Shown here in pieces: positions 47,701 through 58,249 of a stretch of DNA of 64,000 bases. The notes below the pieces were generated by a model that saw nothing but the letters and a program-made list of their open reading frames with translations, had not been told where the DNA came from and did not search any database. The position numbers were made by a program, and so were the translations under genes. The stretch comes from Candidatus Eiseniibacteriota bacterium (GTDB lineage Bacteria; Eisenbacteria; RBG-16-71-46): NCBI GenBank assembly GCA_963707915.1, contig OY970178.1:2016001-2080000 (forward strand), in the 5' to 3' direction. The stretch's first letter is position 1; the number at the start of each line of letters is the position of its first letter.

Positions 47701-48713
47701 GCACCTACAAGGAGATCGCCCAGCGCGACTCCTGCTTCCGGGCCGGCTCGACGCTGTGCCCCGGATGCATGGAATCGCTGGCGCTTCAGAACATCGGCCG
47801 CGTCACCGACAACGGCGTGAAGACCTGCTTCACCATCGGCACCTCGTGCGCCGAGGTGTCCACGCTGTTCTTCCCCAACGTCGTGGCCTGGGGCCGCGGC
47901 GACGGCTCGCCCGACGAGTTCGGCAAGAGCTTCTCGATCATCCACAACGTGTTCGAGTCGGCGCCGACCTGCGCCGAGGCCGTGCGCGACGTGGGCGACG
48001 CGCTCACCGACTGCGGGGCTCTCAAGAACCCCATCCAGGTGTTCTCGGTCTCGGGGGACGGCGGCGCGATCGCCATCGGCCTGCGGGCCCTGCTGCACAC
48101 CATCAACCGGCGCGCGCGCATCACCATGGTGGTGCTGGTGAACGAGGTGTTCGCCAACACCGGGTTCCAGTACAGCCCGGCGGCCACGCCCTTCTCCGAC
48201 ACCAGCACCACGCCGGCGGTCGGGGACGTGCCCGGCAACCTGAACCCGCCGATCGACTACCTGCACATGGCCATCGCCGCGGGCGCCGACCTGGTCGCCC
48301 AGGTCAGCCCGGCCCACGGCCGCATGTTCCAGAAGACCGTCGAGGACTCGATGCAGGTCAAGGGCACGGCGATCATCTTCGTGCCGGCGCCCTGCATCAG
48401 CGGCTGGAAGTACGAGGACGGCAAGACCATCGACCTGGCGCTCGACGGTGCCCGTGCGGGCGTCTTCCCGACGTTCGTGTGGAAGCGCGGCGAGGGCGGC
48501 AAGGTGGTCGACTGCAAGCGCGAAGCGAAGGACCGGCCGAGCCTCGAGGAGTTCCTCGCGGCGCAGCGGCGCTTCGTGCACATCGTCGAGCGCGACCGCA
48601 AGACCGGCGAGGTCCGCGTGAAGCCCGGACGCGAGCACCACGTCGAGGCGTTCCGCACCTGGGTGCAGGACAACGTCGAGCGCCTGTACCAGCTCGCGGA
48701 GATCAAGAAGTAG
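47697..48713 (+). CDS. PorB-like TPP-binding beta subunit (divergent)
   Basis: LCPGC, GTSC, GDGG...NEVFANTGFQ, APCISGW. Confidence 0.87.
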   Translation: MSTYKEIAQRDSCFRAGSTLCPGCMESLALQNIGRVTDNGVKTCFTIGTSCAEVSTLFFPNVVAWGRGDGSPDEFGKSFSIIHNVFESAPTCAEAVRDVGDALTDCGALKNPIQVFSVSGDGGAIAIGLRALLHTINRRARITMVVLVNEVFANTGFQYSPAATPFSDTSTTPAVGDVPGNLNPPIDYLHMAIAAGADLVAQVSPAHGRMFQKTVEDSMQVKGTAIIFVPAPCISGWKYEDGKTIDLALDGARAGVFPTFVWKRGEGGKVVDCKREAKDRPSLEEFLAAQRRFVHIVERDRKTGEVRVKPGREHHVEAFRTWVQDNVERLYQLAEIKK

Positions 48714-48903
48714 CAGCACATCAGTGTGGGGCCGCACCAACGGGGCCGGGCGATGAGCCCGGCCTCGACTATTTCGGCCGCGGTGCCCGCCGGTGCGCGC
48801 CCCGCGCCGGGCCCGGGGTGGTTTGGCCGCGACCCGGCGCGCGCTCTAGTCTGTCCGCGGCACGCTCACGATCGCGGCTCGTTCACCCGGTGACGAGGCA
48901 ACG

Positions 48904-50616
48904 ATGAGACCCGCCCACTCGCGCCCGGACTCCACGCGGATCGTGGACCTGCTCGTCATCACCGCCGCGTGGTGCGCCAGCCTGGTCCTGGTCCGTCCGG
49001 CGGGGGACTTCCCGCTGAACGACGACTGGTCCTTCGGCCTGGCCGTGCGGCACCTGCTCGCCAGTGGGGACTTCCGGCCCACCGGATGGACCTCCATGCC
49101 GCTGGTCACCAACGTGCTGTGGGGGTCGTTGTTCTGCCTGCCGGGCGGGTTCTCGTTCACCGCCCTGCGGGTCTCCACGCTGGTCATGGGGTGGATCGGG
49201 CTGCTCGGGACCTACCAGCTCGTCCGCGAGACCGGCCAGGGACGCTGGCTGGCGGTCCTGGCGGCGCTGACGCTGGGCTTCAGCCCCATCTACTACGCGC
49301 TGTCCAACACCTTCATGACGGACGTCCCGTTCACCGCGCTCTCGGTATGGGCGGCGGTCTTCCTGGTGCGCACGCTGAAGGGCGGGTCGCGCCTCGACTG
49401 GCTCGCGGGCACCGCTCTCGGCGTGGTCGCGACGCTCTCCCGGCAGCTTGGCCTCTGCATCCCCATCGCCTTCGGCGCCACCCTGCTCCTGGCCCGCGGA
49501 GTCACGGGCCGCGTCCTGCTGCGCGCGCTCGTCCCCGTCGCGGCATGCCTCGCCGCCCTGTTCGGCCTCGAGGCGTGGCTCACCGCCAGCGGCCGTCTGC
49601 CGCCGCTCTACCACGCCAGCGTGGACAAGCTGCTCGCCTCGCCGCCCGGCCCGCGGACGCTGGTGGCCTTCTTCGGGAAGACCGACATCAGCCTGCTCTA
49701 CCTGGGCTGGTTCCTGCTGCCGCTCCTCGCCGCGGGGGCCGCCGGCCTGTGGCGCTCGCGCGGGACGGGCGCGAGGCGGGCCCTGGTCCTGTCCTTCGCC
49801 GGCCTGCTCGCCCTGAACGTCGTGCTGGCGCCGGTCAACCAGCGGCGCTTCATCATGCCGATGTCCGGCAACGTCGTCGTCGCGTCCGGCATCGGCCCGC
49901 TCACGCTGGCGGAGGACTCGCTCAAGCGCTCGAGCCACGTCGCACCGCTGCCCGGGGTCTTTTGGTACGCCGTGACGGCGCTCTCGCTGCTCGGGGCCGC
50001 GTGCCTCGCCGCCATCCTCGCGCTCTGGCTGGCGGAGGCCGCGTCCCGGCTCCGGGCGCGGGCGATGACGCCGGACCACGCGCTCACGGCCTTCCTGCTG
50101 CTCGGCGCCGTCCTGCAACTGGTCCCGATGTCGCTGACGCGCTACTTCGACCGCTACACCGTGCCCACCCTCCCCTTGCTGGCCGCGGGCTGCCTATGCG
50201 TGCTGTCGCGGTTGCCCGGATTCGCGGTCGTGCACACGAAGGCGCTGCGGATCACGGCGGTGGCGCTGCTCGCGGCGAGCGCGATCTACTCGGTCGCCGG
50301 CACCCGCGACTACCTGGCCTGGAACCGCGCGCGCTGGCAGGCACTGAACGAGCTGACGGTCGATCGGAGGGTCCCCCCCGGGGAGATCGACGGCGGCTTC
50401 GAGTTCGGCGGCCTGTACCTCTACGATCCGGACTACGCGGAAGACCCCGGCAAGAGCTGGTGGTGGGTGCGGAATGACCGCTACCGGCTCGCGTTCGCGC
50501 CGCGCCCGGGGTTCACGGTCGTGCGCGAGTATCCGTACGACCGGTGGCTGCCGCCGGGGCGCGGAAGCATCGTCGTCCTGGCCGCCGCGCCGGCGGCGGC
50601 GCGTCCGACGCGGTAG
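48904..50616 (+). CDS. Polytopic membrane glycosyltransferase (GT-C, ArnT/PMT-like)
   Basis: FPLNDDWSF acidic motif, FMTDVPF, many TM segments, FDRY. Confidence 0.75.
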   Translation: MRPAHSRPDSTRIVDLLVITAAWCASLVLVRPAGDFPLNDDWSFGLAVRHLLASGDFRPTGWTSMPLVTNVLWGSLFCLPGGFSFTALRVSTLVMGWIGLLGTYQLVRETGQGRWLAVLAALTLGFSPIYYALSNTFMTDVPFTALSVWAAVFLVRTLKGGSRLDWLAGTALGVVATLSRQLGLCIPIAFGATLLLARGVTGRVLLRALVPVAACLAALFGLEAWLTASGRLPPLYHASVDKLLASPPGPRTLVAFFGKTDISLLYLGWFLLPLLAAGAAGLWRSRGTGARRALVLSFAGLLALNVVLAPVNQRRFIMPMSGNVVVASGIGPLTLAEDSLKRSSHVAPLPGVFWYAVTALSLLGAACLAAILALWLAEAASRLRARAMTPDHALTAFLLLGAVLQLVPMSLTRYFDRYTVPTLPLLAAGCLCVLSRLPGFAVVHTKALRITAVALLAASAIYSVAGTRDYLAWNRARWQALNELTVDRRVPPGEIDGGFEFGGLYLYDPDYAEDPGKSWWWVRNDRYRLAFAPRPGFTVVREYPYDRWLPPGRGSIVVLAAAPAAARPTR

Positions 50617-50640
50617 CGCCCGCTCCGTCCCGCTGCCGCG

Positions 50641-52083
50641 TCAATGCCGCCGCGTCGGCCCCGTCGCCCCGGTCGCCCCGGCTGCCGCCACGCGCAACAG
50701 CTCCGGCCGCGCGAGCAGCACGGCGGACCACGCCAGCAGGATCACCGCCCCGACCATCACCGCGCCCGCCGGCCCGATCCGCTGGCCGAGCAGCCCCGAG
50801 AGGATGCTCGAAATGGGCATCATGCCCATGAACGCGAGCACGAACAGCGCCATCACGCGGCCGCGCAGGTGACCGGGCACGGCCAACTGGATGGAGGTGT
50901 TGGTCAGCGAGCTGGACGCGAGCAGCGCCGCGCCCGCGAGGGTCGAGAGCGCCAGCGTGAGCGGCAGCCAGCGCGATAGCGAGAAGGCAGCGAGCAGCAC
51001 CGCGAGTGCCGCGAGGGTGAACGGGATCAGGCGGTTGCGTCCCACGCCGGCGGGCAGGCCGGCCACCACCAGCGCGCCGGCCAGCGCGCCCAGGCCGTTC
51101 GCCGCCATGACGAACGCCACCGCGCGCGACAGCTCCCGGCCGGAGAGCCCGAGCGACGTGCCCACGATCGCCGGGAGCAGCGTCATGTAGGGGAACGCGA
51201 AGACGGTCATGACGGCGGTGCTGAGGATGAGCAGGCCGACGACGCGGTCCTGGCGCGCGTAGCGCAGGCCGGCGGTGAGCTGGTGCCACGAGTCCAGCCG
51301 CCAGCCGGCGGAGCGGTCGCCCGGGGCGCCGGCGGCGGCCGGGTCGGGCCGGCCGTGACCGGCACCGGTGCGCAACCGGATCGCCCACAGCGCGGCGATG
51401 ACGAACAGGAAGCTGGCCGCGTTCACGTAGAACACCTCGCCCATGCCCGCGCCGGCGAGCACCAGGGCCGCGGCCGCGAGCGGCCCGAGCAGGCGCGCGG
51501 ACTGGAATTGCGCGGAGTTCAGGGCGATGCCGTTCATCAGCAGCCGCCGCGGCACCAGGTCGGGCAGCATGGACTGGAACGCAGGCGCCATGAACGCCAT
51601 GAAGACGCCGCCCGCGAACCCCAGCAGCGAGATGCGGACCAGCGAGCCGGCCGGGTCGCTCGAGCTCAGCAGGCCCGCGTTGTAGAGCGCGCCGAGCGCC
51701 GCGGCCTGGAGCAGCAGCACGACCTGGATGAGGATCAGCATGTGGCGGCGGTCCACGCGGTCGGCGATCGCGCCGGCGGGCAGCGCGAGGAAGAGCACCG
51801 GGACGCCGGCGAGGAAGTTGACGAGGCCGAGGTCGAACGAGGAGCGGCGGAAGCCGTAGACGACGATCCCGAACGCGTACATCTGCATCCACGAGCCGAC
51901 GTTGCTCACCAGCGCGCCCGACCAGAACAGCGTGAAGTCGCGATGTCGGAAGGACTCGAAGACGCCGTGCTGCCGTCCCGTGGCCTGCGGCGGAGCCGCG
52001 ACGTCGGCCTCCGTCGCGAGCGTCTGCGCTTCGAGGCCCGCGACTTCGTCCGGGACGGCGGCGGGCGCTCCCTGGTCCGTCAT
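50641..52083 (-). CDS. MFS transporter
   Basis: FWSGALVSNVGSWMQ, GAIADRVDRR, LRGRVMALF; about 12 TM segments. Confidence 0.92.
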   Translation of the reverse strand: MTDQGAPAAVPDEVAGLEAQTLATEADVAAPPQATGRQHGVFESFRHRDFTLFWSGALVSNVGSWMQMYAFGIVVYGFRRSSFDLGLVNFLAGVPVLFLALPAGAIADRVDRRHMLILIQVVLLLQAAALGALYNAGLLSSSDPAGSLVRISLLGFAGGVFMAFMAPAFQSMLPDLVPRRLLMNGIALNSAQFQSARLLGPLAAAALVLAGAGMGEVFYVNAASFLFVIAALWAIRLRTGAGHGRPDPAAAGAPGDRSAGWRLDSWHQLTAGLRYARQDRVVGLLILSTAVMTVFAFPYMTLLPAIVGTSLGLSGRELSRAVAFVMAANGLGALAGALVVAGLPAGVGRNRLIPFTLAALAVLLAAFSLSRWLPLTLALSTLAGAALLASSSLTNTSIQLAVPGHLRGRVMALFVLAFMGMMPISSILSGLLGQRIGPAGAVMVGAVILLAWSAVLLARPELLRVAAAGATGATGPTRRH

Positions 52084-52116
52084 GCGATCCGGCCTGGTCC
52101 GCTCACGACGCCGCGC

Positions 52117-52965
52117 TCAGGTCGAGAACCCGAGCAGGCCGGGGTCCGGCATCATCTCGGGGCTCCAGGCGTCGGGCAGGATCTCCACTTCGCACGGCTG
52201 GAAGACCACGCTCATCGCCGCCTCCCGCACGTCCTGCGTGAGCTGGGGCGCGTAGGGGCAGAAGGGCGTGGTCAGCAGCATCCGCACGACCGTGCGCTCG
52301 GGCTCGATCACGATCTCGCGGATGAGGCCCAGGTCGATGACCGAGAGCTGGATCTCCGGGTCCATCACGGTCTCGAGCGCCGCGCGCACGGCGAACTCCT
52401 GCGCGCTCGGCGCCTTCCGGCCGGGCGGCGCCGCCGCGGCGGCGGACGCGCCGGCTTCCGAGGCCGCGGGGGACTCGAACGCGCGCCGCACCGACGACTG
52501 CCCGCCGGGCGAGTCGGTGTAGGGCGGCGGCGCGGGGCGCACGGGTGGCGCATCGGTCGGGGCCTTCGCGGCCGGCACGTTCCCGGCCGGCGGTCCCGCC
52601 GCCCGCGGCGCCGCGTTCGCCGCCGCCTGCGCCGCCTCCCGCTCGTCGCAGGTCTCGCAGGCCACCTGGACTTCGTCCCCGATCACGCGCACGGCGTGCC
52701 GCGGCACGGCGCCGGTCGCCGGCATCGCGAGCACCGCGCCGGTGCGGATGTCGAAGCGCGCCCCGTGGCGCGCGCACTCGACGACATAGCCGTCGATCGT
52801 GCCGTCCGACAGTTCGCCGCCGTCGTGCGTGCAGAGGTCGTCGAGCGCGTAGTACTGGCCACCGACGTGGAACACCGCGACCGGGTCGTCGTCCACGCGC
52901 ACGACCTTCACGCCGCCCTCGGGGATCTCCCCCACCTTCGCCACCGTCATGAATCGGTCGCTCAC
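52117..52965 (-). CDS. Rieske ferredoxin fused to DUF59 (SufT/PaaD-like) domain
   Basis: CTHDGG...ECARHGARF, Pro/Ala linker, then VMDPEIQLSVIDLGLI...TTPFCP; GTGA overlap with sufU. Confidence 0.85.
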   Translation of the reverse strand: MSDRFMTVAKVGEIPEGGVKVVRVDDDPVAVFHVGGQYYALDDLCTHDGGELSDGTIDGYVVECARHGARFDIRTGAVLAMPATGAVPRHAVRVIGDEVQVACETCDEREAAQAAANAAPRAAGPPAGNVPAAKAPTDAPPVRPAPPPYTDSPGGQSSVRRAFESPAASEAGASAAAAAPPGRKAPSAQEFAVRAALETVMDPEIQLSVIDLGLIREIVIEPERTVVRMLLTTPFCPYAPQLTQDVREAAMSVVFQPCEVEILPDAWSPEMMPDPGLLGFST

Positions 52966-53366
52966 TTCGTCTCCTCCTCGCCCGGCCACTGGGTCATGCC
53001 GTAGGCGCCCGCCTTCAGGGTCTTCAGGGCCAGCAGCGCGCACTTGAGGCGCACCGGCCCGAGCTCGATGCCCAGCAGCTCGAGCACGTCCTCGCGGGTG
53101 AGCGCCTTGACCTCCTCGAGCGGGCGGCCCTCGAGGCGCTCGCACAGCATCGAGGCGGCGGCCTGGCTGATGGAGCAGCCGTGTCCCGAGTGGCGGATCT
53201 TCGCGATCGTCCCGTCCTTCAGCTCGATGTCGATGCGCAGCTCGTCGCCGCACAGCGGGTTCGCGTCGCAGTAGGTGATGTCGGGGTGCTCGAGCTCGCC
53301 CCGGCAGCGCGGGTGCTTGTAGTGGTCGAGGATGTTCTCGCGGTACAGCTCGTCCCATTCGTTCAT
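52962..53366 (-). CDS. sufU: SufU/NifU-like protein
   Basis: LYRENILDHYKHPR, NPLCGD, GCSISQAAAS, RLKCALL. Confidence 0.92.
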   Translation of the reverse strand: MNEWDELYRENILDHYKHPRCRGELEHPDITYCDANPLCGDELRIDIELKDGTIAKIRHSGHGCSISQAAASMLCERLEGRPLEEVKALTREDVLELLGIELGPVRLKCALLALKTLKAGAYGMTQWPGEEETK

Positions 53367-54635
53367 CAGCCGAACACCTTGCGCGCGTGGTGGAGCCCCT
53401 CGACCAGGGCGTCCACGTCCTCGGGCACGCTGTAGCAGTGGAACGAGGCGCGCGCCGAGGCGGGCACGCCCAGCCGGTCGTGCAGCGGCATCGCGCAGTG
53501 GTGTCCCGCGCGCACGGCGACGCCGCGGTGGTCGAGCACCGTGGCCACGTCGTGCGGGTGGATCGTGCCCAGCTCGAACGCGACGACCCCGCCGCGCCGC
53601 TCCGCCGGGGGACCGAGGATCCGCACGCCGGGCACCTCGCGCAGGCGATCGAGCGCGTAGCCGGCGAGCGCGCGGTCGTGCTCGAAGACCGCCTCCATCC
53701 CCAACTCCTCGTTGAACGCCACCGCCGCGCGCAGGCCCGACCGCCTCGGCGATCGCCATGGTGCCGGCCTCGAACTTCCAGGGCAGCTCGTTCCACTTCG
53801 AGCCCGCGAGCTTCACCTCGCGGATCATCTCGCCGCCGCCCAGGAAGGGCGGCATGGCCTCGAGCAGCTCGCGCCGCGCCCAGAGCGCGCCGATCCCGGT
53901 CGGCCCGAGCATCTTGTGCGCGGTGAGCGCCAGGAAGTCGCAGCCCAGCGCCTTCACGTCCACCGGCAGGTGCGGCACGCTCTGCGAGCCGTCCACCAGC
54001 GTGAGCGCGCCGGCGGCGCGGGCCTGGCGGGCGATCTCCTCGACCGGGTTCACGGTGCCGAGCACGTTCGAGACGTGCACCACGCCGACCAGCCGCACGC
54101 GCCCGTCGGCAAGCAGCCCGGGCAGCGCCTCCAGCCGCAACTCGCCCGCGTCGGTGATCGGGATGAAGCGCAGCTCGACGCCCCGCTCGGCGGCGAGGAT
54201 GTGCCACGGCACCAGGTTCGAGTGGTGCTCCATCTCGGTGAGCAGGACCACGTCGCCACGCTTCAGCGCCCAGCGGCCCCAGGCGTAGGCCACCAGGTTG
54301 ATGGCCTCGGTGCTGTTGCGCGTGAAGATCACCTCGCGGGACGGGGCGCCGATGAAGCGCGCGAGCCGGGCGCGGGCGTCCTCGTAGGCGGCGGTCGCCT
54401 CCTCGGCGATCGCGTAGATGCCGCGGTGGATGTTGGCGTTGTAGCGCCGGTAGTAGTCGTCCATCGCCGCCAGGACGCTCTCGGGCTTCTGCGAGGTCGC
54501 GGCGCTGTCGAGGTAGACCAGCGGGCGTTCGCGCTTCGCGTTCAGCAGGGGGAAGCGGCCGCGCACCTCGCGCGGATCGAAGCGCCCGCGGCCCGTGGCG
54601 GAGGCGGTCGTGGTCCCGGCCGGCGGTGTGGACAT
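53366..54635 (-). CDS. sufS: Cysteine desulfurase SufS, +1 frameshift near 53737 (assembly error or pseudogene)
   Basis: YLDSAATSQKP, EHHSN, AHKMLGPTG, FEAGT in one frame; HPHDV and RAGHHCA continue in another frame after an extra G. Confidence 0.88.
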
Positions 54636-54640
54636 GGGGC

Positions 54641-55988
54641 CTATCCGATCTTGGCCTGGATCATCCCGCGCAGTTGCTCGCGCACGCTCTCGAGCGGGAT
54701 GCGGTCCAGGACGGGCGCGAAGAACCCTTCGACGACGAGGCGCTGGGCCGTCGTCGCGGGGCATCCCGCGCGTCATGAGGTAGTACATCTGCTCCGCGTC
54801 CACCGTGCCGACCGTGGCCCCGTGCGTGCAGCGCACGTCGTTGGCCAGGATCTCCAGGCCGGGGATGCTGTCCGCGCGCGCCGTGTCGGAGAGCAACAGG
54901 TTGCGGTTGGCCTGGTACGCGTCGGTGCGCTGCGCCCCGCGGGCCACCTGGATGGTGCCCTGGTAGACGCTGCGGGCACGGTCCTTGAGCGCGCTCTTGA
55001 TGAGCAGGTCGCTGGTGGTCTGCTCGGCCACGTGCTTCTGCAGGGTGTGCAGGTCGAAGTGCTGGCGCTGGTCGCCGAACATGAAGCCGTGCACGAAGGC
55101 GCTCGCGCCCGCGCCCACGAGCTCGAAGTAGGAGTTGGTCTTGGTCGTCCGGCCGCCCAGGAAGGTCTGGATCCACTGCAGCTCGCCGCCGCGCTCGACG
55201 CGCGCGCGCTGGTTCGAGTAGTGGGTCACGTTGCGGCCCCATTCCTGGAGATGCCCGTAGACCAGCTTCGCGTCCTCGCCGACGAAGACCTCGGTGCCGC
55301 CGCTGAAGAACGCGGGGCCGTCGGCCGTCTCCGAGAGGCACTCCTCGAGCACCGTCGCGCTCGCGCCGCGGCCCAGCACGATGACCGTGCCCGGGGCGCC
55401 GGCCACGCCCGCGCCGTCCAGCCACTGGACCAGGCGGATCGGCAGCTCGGCCTGCACGCCGTCCGGCACCCAGACGAACGCGCCGCCCGCGCGCATGGCC
55501 TGGTGGAGCGCGGCGAAACGGTCGAGGTCGGTCTCGATCAGCGCGCCGAGGCGGTCCTCGAGCTTCCCGGCGTGCTCGCGCAGCGCGCGCTCCATCGCGC
55601 AGACGATCACGCCCTGCCGCGCCAGGTCGGGATGCGCGTGCTCCAGCACCACCGCGCCGTTGCGCTGGACCAGCAGGCCGAGGTTCGCGGCCTCCCCCGC
55701 CAGTCGCGCGACCAACGCCGCCGGCAGGTCGTCCACGTCGCGCGCGGCGAGCCCGGGCGCGAACGGGTCCAGCTCGCCGAGCGCGAGCGTCCCGAAATCG
55801 GTGCGCCGCCACAGGTCGAGCCTGCGGTCCGGGAAGGGCAGGCCCGCCGCCACCGCGGCCGCCCCGCGCCGCTGCTCCAGCGCCCACTCCGGCTCGTTCG
55901 CGCTCACGGCGCGCTCCAGCGCCAGCGCGGGCCAGCCGTCGAGCCCGCCCGCCACCGGCCGCGCCGCTGTCCTCGTCTCGGCCGTCAT
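54641..55988 (-). CDS. sufD: Fe-S assembly protein SufD, +1 frameshift near 54749
   Basis: [40 protein letters not shown]. The expected [10 protein letters not shown]...AKIG stop tail lies in a shifted frame. Confidence 0.88.
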
Positions 55989-57400
55989 CCTACCGAGCCC
56001 TCCATCTGGAGCTGGATCAGGCGGTTCATCTCGACCGCGTACTCCATCGGCAGCTCCTTGACCACCGGCTCGATGAAGCCGGCCACGATCATCGCCGCCG
56101 CCTCGTCCTTGGGCACGCCGCGGCTGGTCAGGTAGAAGAGTTGCTCGTCGCCGATCTTCGAGACCGTCGCCTCGTGCCCGATCGAGACCTGGTCCTCCTC
56201 GATCTCCATGGTCGGGTAGGTGTCCGAGCGCGAGCCCTCGTCGAGGATCAGCGCGTCGCAGTTCACCGTGCTCCGGCAGTTCACCGCGCCTTTGGCGACC
56301 TTCACCAGCCCGCGGTAGCCGGCCCGCCCGCCGTCCTTGCTGATCGATTTCGAGACGATCTTGCTGGTGGTGTTGGGCGCCACGTGCACCGCCTTCGCAC
56401 CCGCGTCCTGGTGTTGGCCGGACCCTGCAAAAGCGATCGACAAGACCTCGCCGTGCGCTCCCGGCTCCATCAGATAGATTGCCGGATACTTCATCGTCAG
56501 CTTGGACCCCAAATTCCCGTCGACCCACTCCATGGTGGCGTCGCGGTAGGCAGCGGCGCGCTTGGTCACCAGGTTGTAGACGTTGTTCGACCAGTTCTGG
56601 ATGGTGGTGTAGCGGCAGCGCCCGCCGGCCTTGACGACGATCTCGACCACGGCGGAGTGGAGCGAGTCGCTGGAGTAGGTCGGCGCGGTGCAGCCTTCCA
56701 CGTAGTGCACGAAGGCGCCCTCGTCGACGATGATCAACGTGCGCTCGAACTGGCCCATGTCCTTGGTGTTGATGCGGAAGTAGGCCTGCAGCGGCACGTC
56801 CACGCGCACCCCCTTCGGCACGTAGATGAACGAGCCGCCCGACCAGACCGCGGAGTTGAGCGCGGCGAACTTGTTGTCGGTCGGCGGGATCACCGTGCCG
56901 AAGTACCGGCGGAAGAGCTCCTCGTGGTCGCGCAGCGCGTGGTCGGTCGAGAGGAACAGCACGCCCAGCTTCGCGAGGTTCTCCTTGATCTTGTGGTAGA
57001 CGACCTCGGAGTCGTATTGCGCGCCGACGCCGGAGAGGAACTTCTGCTCGGCCTCGGGGATACCCAGCCGGTCGAAGGTCCGCTTCATGTCCGCCGGCAC
57101 GTCCTCCCAGGACTTCGCCTCCTGCTCGGTCGGCTTGACGTAGTAGTAGATGTCGTCGAAATCGATGTGCGAGAGGTCGCCGCCCCAGGTCGGCATGGGC
57201 TTCTTGCGGAAGGTCTCCAGCGCCTTGAGCCGGAACTCCAGCATCCAGGCCGGCTCCCCCTTCATCTGCGAGATGCCGCGGACGATCTCGGGGTCGAGGC
57301 CCTTGCGCGCCTTGAACACGAACTGGTCGGCGTCGTGGAAGCCGTACTTCTCGGTGTAGCTCTCCCGGATGCCCCCGGTGGGGATCTTCGGAGCGCTCAT
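55985..57400 (-). CDS. sufB: Fe-S assembly protein SufB
   Basis: [53 protein letters not shown]. Confidence 0.97.
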   Translation of the reverse strand: MSAPKIPTGGIRESYTEKYGFHDADQFVFKARKGLDPEIVRGISQMKGEPAWMLEFRLKALETFRKKPMPTWGGDLSHIDFDDIYYYVKPTEQEAKSWEDVPADMKRTFDRLGIPEAEQKFLSGVGAQYDSEVVYHKIKENLAKLGVLFLSTDHALRDHEELFRRYFGTVIPPTDNKFAALNSAVWSGGSFIYVPKGVRVDVPLQAYFRINTKDMGQFERTLIIVDEGAFVHYVEGCTAPTYSSDSLHSAVVEIVVKAGGRCRYTTIQNWSNNVYNLVTKRAAAYRDATMEWVDGNLGSKLTMKYPAIYLMEPGAHGEVLSIAFAGSGQHQDAGAKAVHVAPNTTSKIVSKSISKDGGRAGYRGLVKVAKGAVNCRSTVNCDALILDEGSRSDTYPTMEIEEDQVSIGHEATVSKIGDEQLFYLTSRGVPKDEAAAMIVAGFIEPVVKELPMEYAVEMNRLIQLQMEGSVG

Positions 57401-58200
57401 TGCGTCGCCGGTTCCTTCCCCGCGCGGACGAAGTCGTACCCGCGGTTCTCCAGCTCGAGCGCCAGCTCCGGGCCGCCCGAGAGCGTGATGCGGCCGTCCA
57501 GCATGACGTGGACGTGCTGCGGCCGGATGTAGTCGAGGATGCGCTGGTAGTGCGTGATGACCAGCACCCCGAGGTCCGGCCCGGCGAGCGCGTTCACGCC
57601 CTCGGAGACGATGCGCAGCGCGTCGATGTCGAGCCCCGAGTCGGTCTCGTCCATGATCGCGATCTCGGGCTTGAGCATCGCCATCTGCAGGATCTCGGTG
57701 CGCTTCTTCTCGCCGCCCGAGAAGCCGTCGTTGAGGTAGCGCAGGGCGAACGACTCGTCCATCTTGAGCAACGCCATGTGCTCGCGCAGCAGCGCGCGGA
57801 ACTCCTTGGGCGCGATCCCCCGCTTCGCGGGCATGGCGCCGTCGGCCGTCGCGTCGCGAGGGGCGAGCCGCGCGTTGAGCGCGGTGCGCAGGAAGTTGGA
57901 GACGGTCACGCCCGGGATCGCGACCGGGTACTGGAAGGCCAGGAACAAGCCGGCGCGCGAGCGCGCGTCGGTCTCCAGGCCGAGGATGCTCTCCCCCTTG
58001 AAGCGGATGTCCCCGCCGGTCACCTGGTAGCGCGGGTGGCCCATGAGGGTGTTCGCGAGCGTGCTCTTGCCCGAGCCGTTCGGTCCCATCAGGGCGTGCA
58101 CTTCCCCCTTGCGCACCTCGAGGCTCAGGCCCTTGAGGATCTCCTTGCCCTCCACCGCGACGTGGAGGTCCTGCACGATGAGATCGGCGGTCTGGCTCAT
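57397..58200 (-). CDS. sufC: Fe-S assembly ATPase SufC
   Basis: [39 protein letters not shown]. Confidence 0.97.
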   Translation of the reverse strand: MSQTADLIVQDLHVAVEGKEILKGLSLEVRKGEVHALMGPNGSGKSTLANTLMGHPRYQVTGGDIRFKGESILGLETDARSRAGLFLAFQYPVAIPGVTVSNFLRTALNARLAPRDATADGAMPAKRGIAPKEFRALLREHMALLKMDESFALRYLNDGFSGGEKKRTEILQMAMLKPEIAIMDETDSGLDIDALRIVSEGVNALAGPDLGVLVITHYQRILDYIRPQHVHVMLDGRITLSGGPELALELENRGYDFVRAGKEPATQ

Positions 58201-58249
58201 GTGTCCGGCCCTTCTCCTTCTTCGTTGCGGCCGCTCGCGGCCCGGGTCC

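Noticed and set aside
52962..56528. 1188-aa ORF that looks like a SufD-SufS-SufU polyprotein
   Set aside because: It is produced by two single-base insertions; the conserved C-termini of SufD and SufS lie in other frames, and the linking stretches are off-frame nonsense.
56340..56530. Short patch of A/T-ending codons inside sufB
   Set aside because: The protein is continuous and conserved with no intein or insertion; too short to support a recombination claim by eye.
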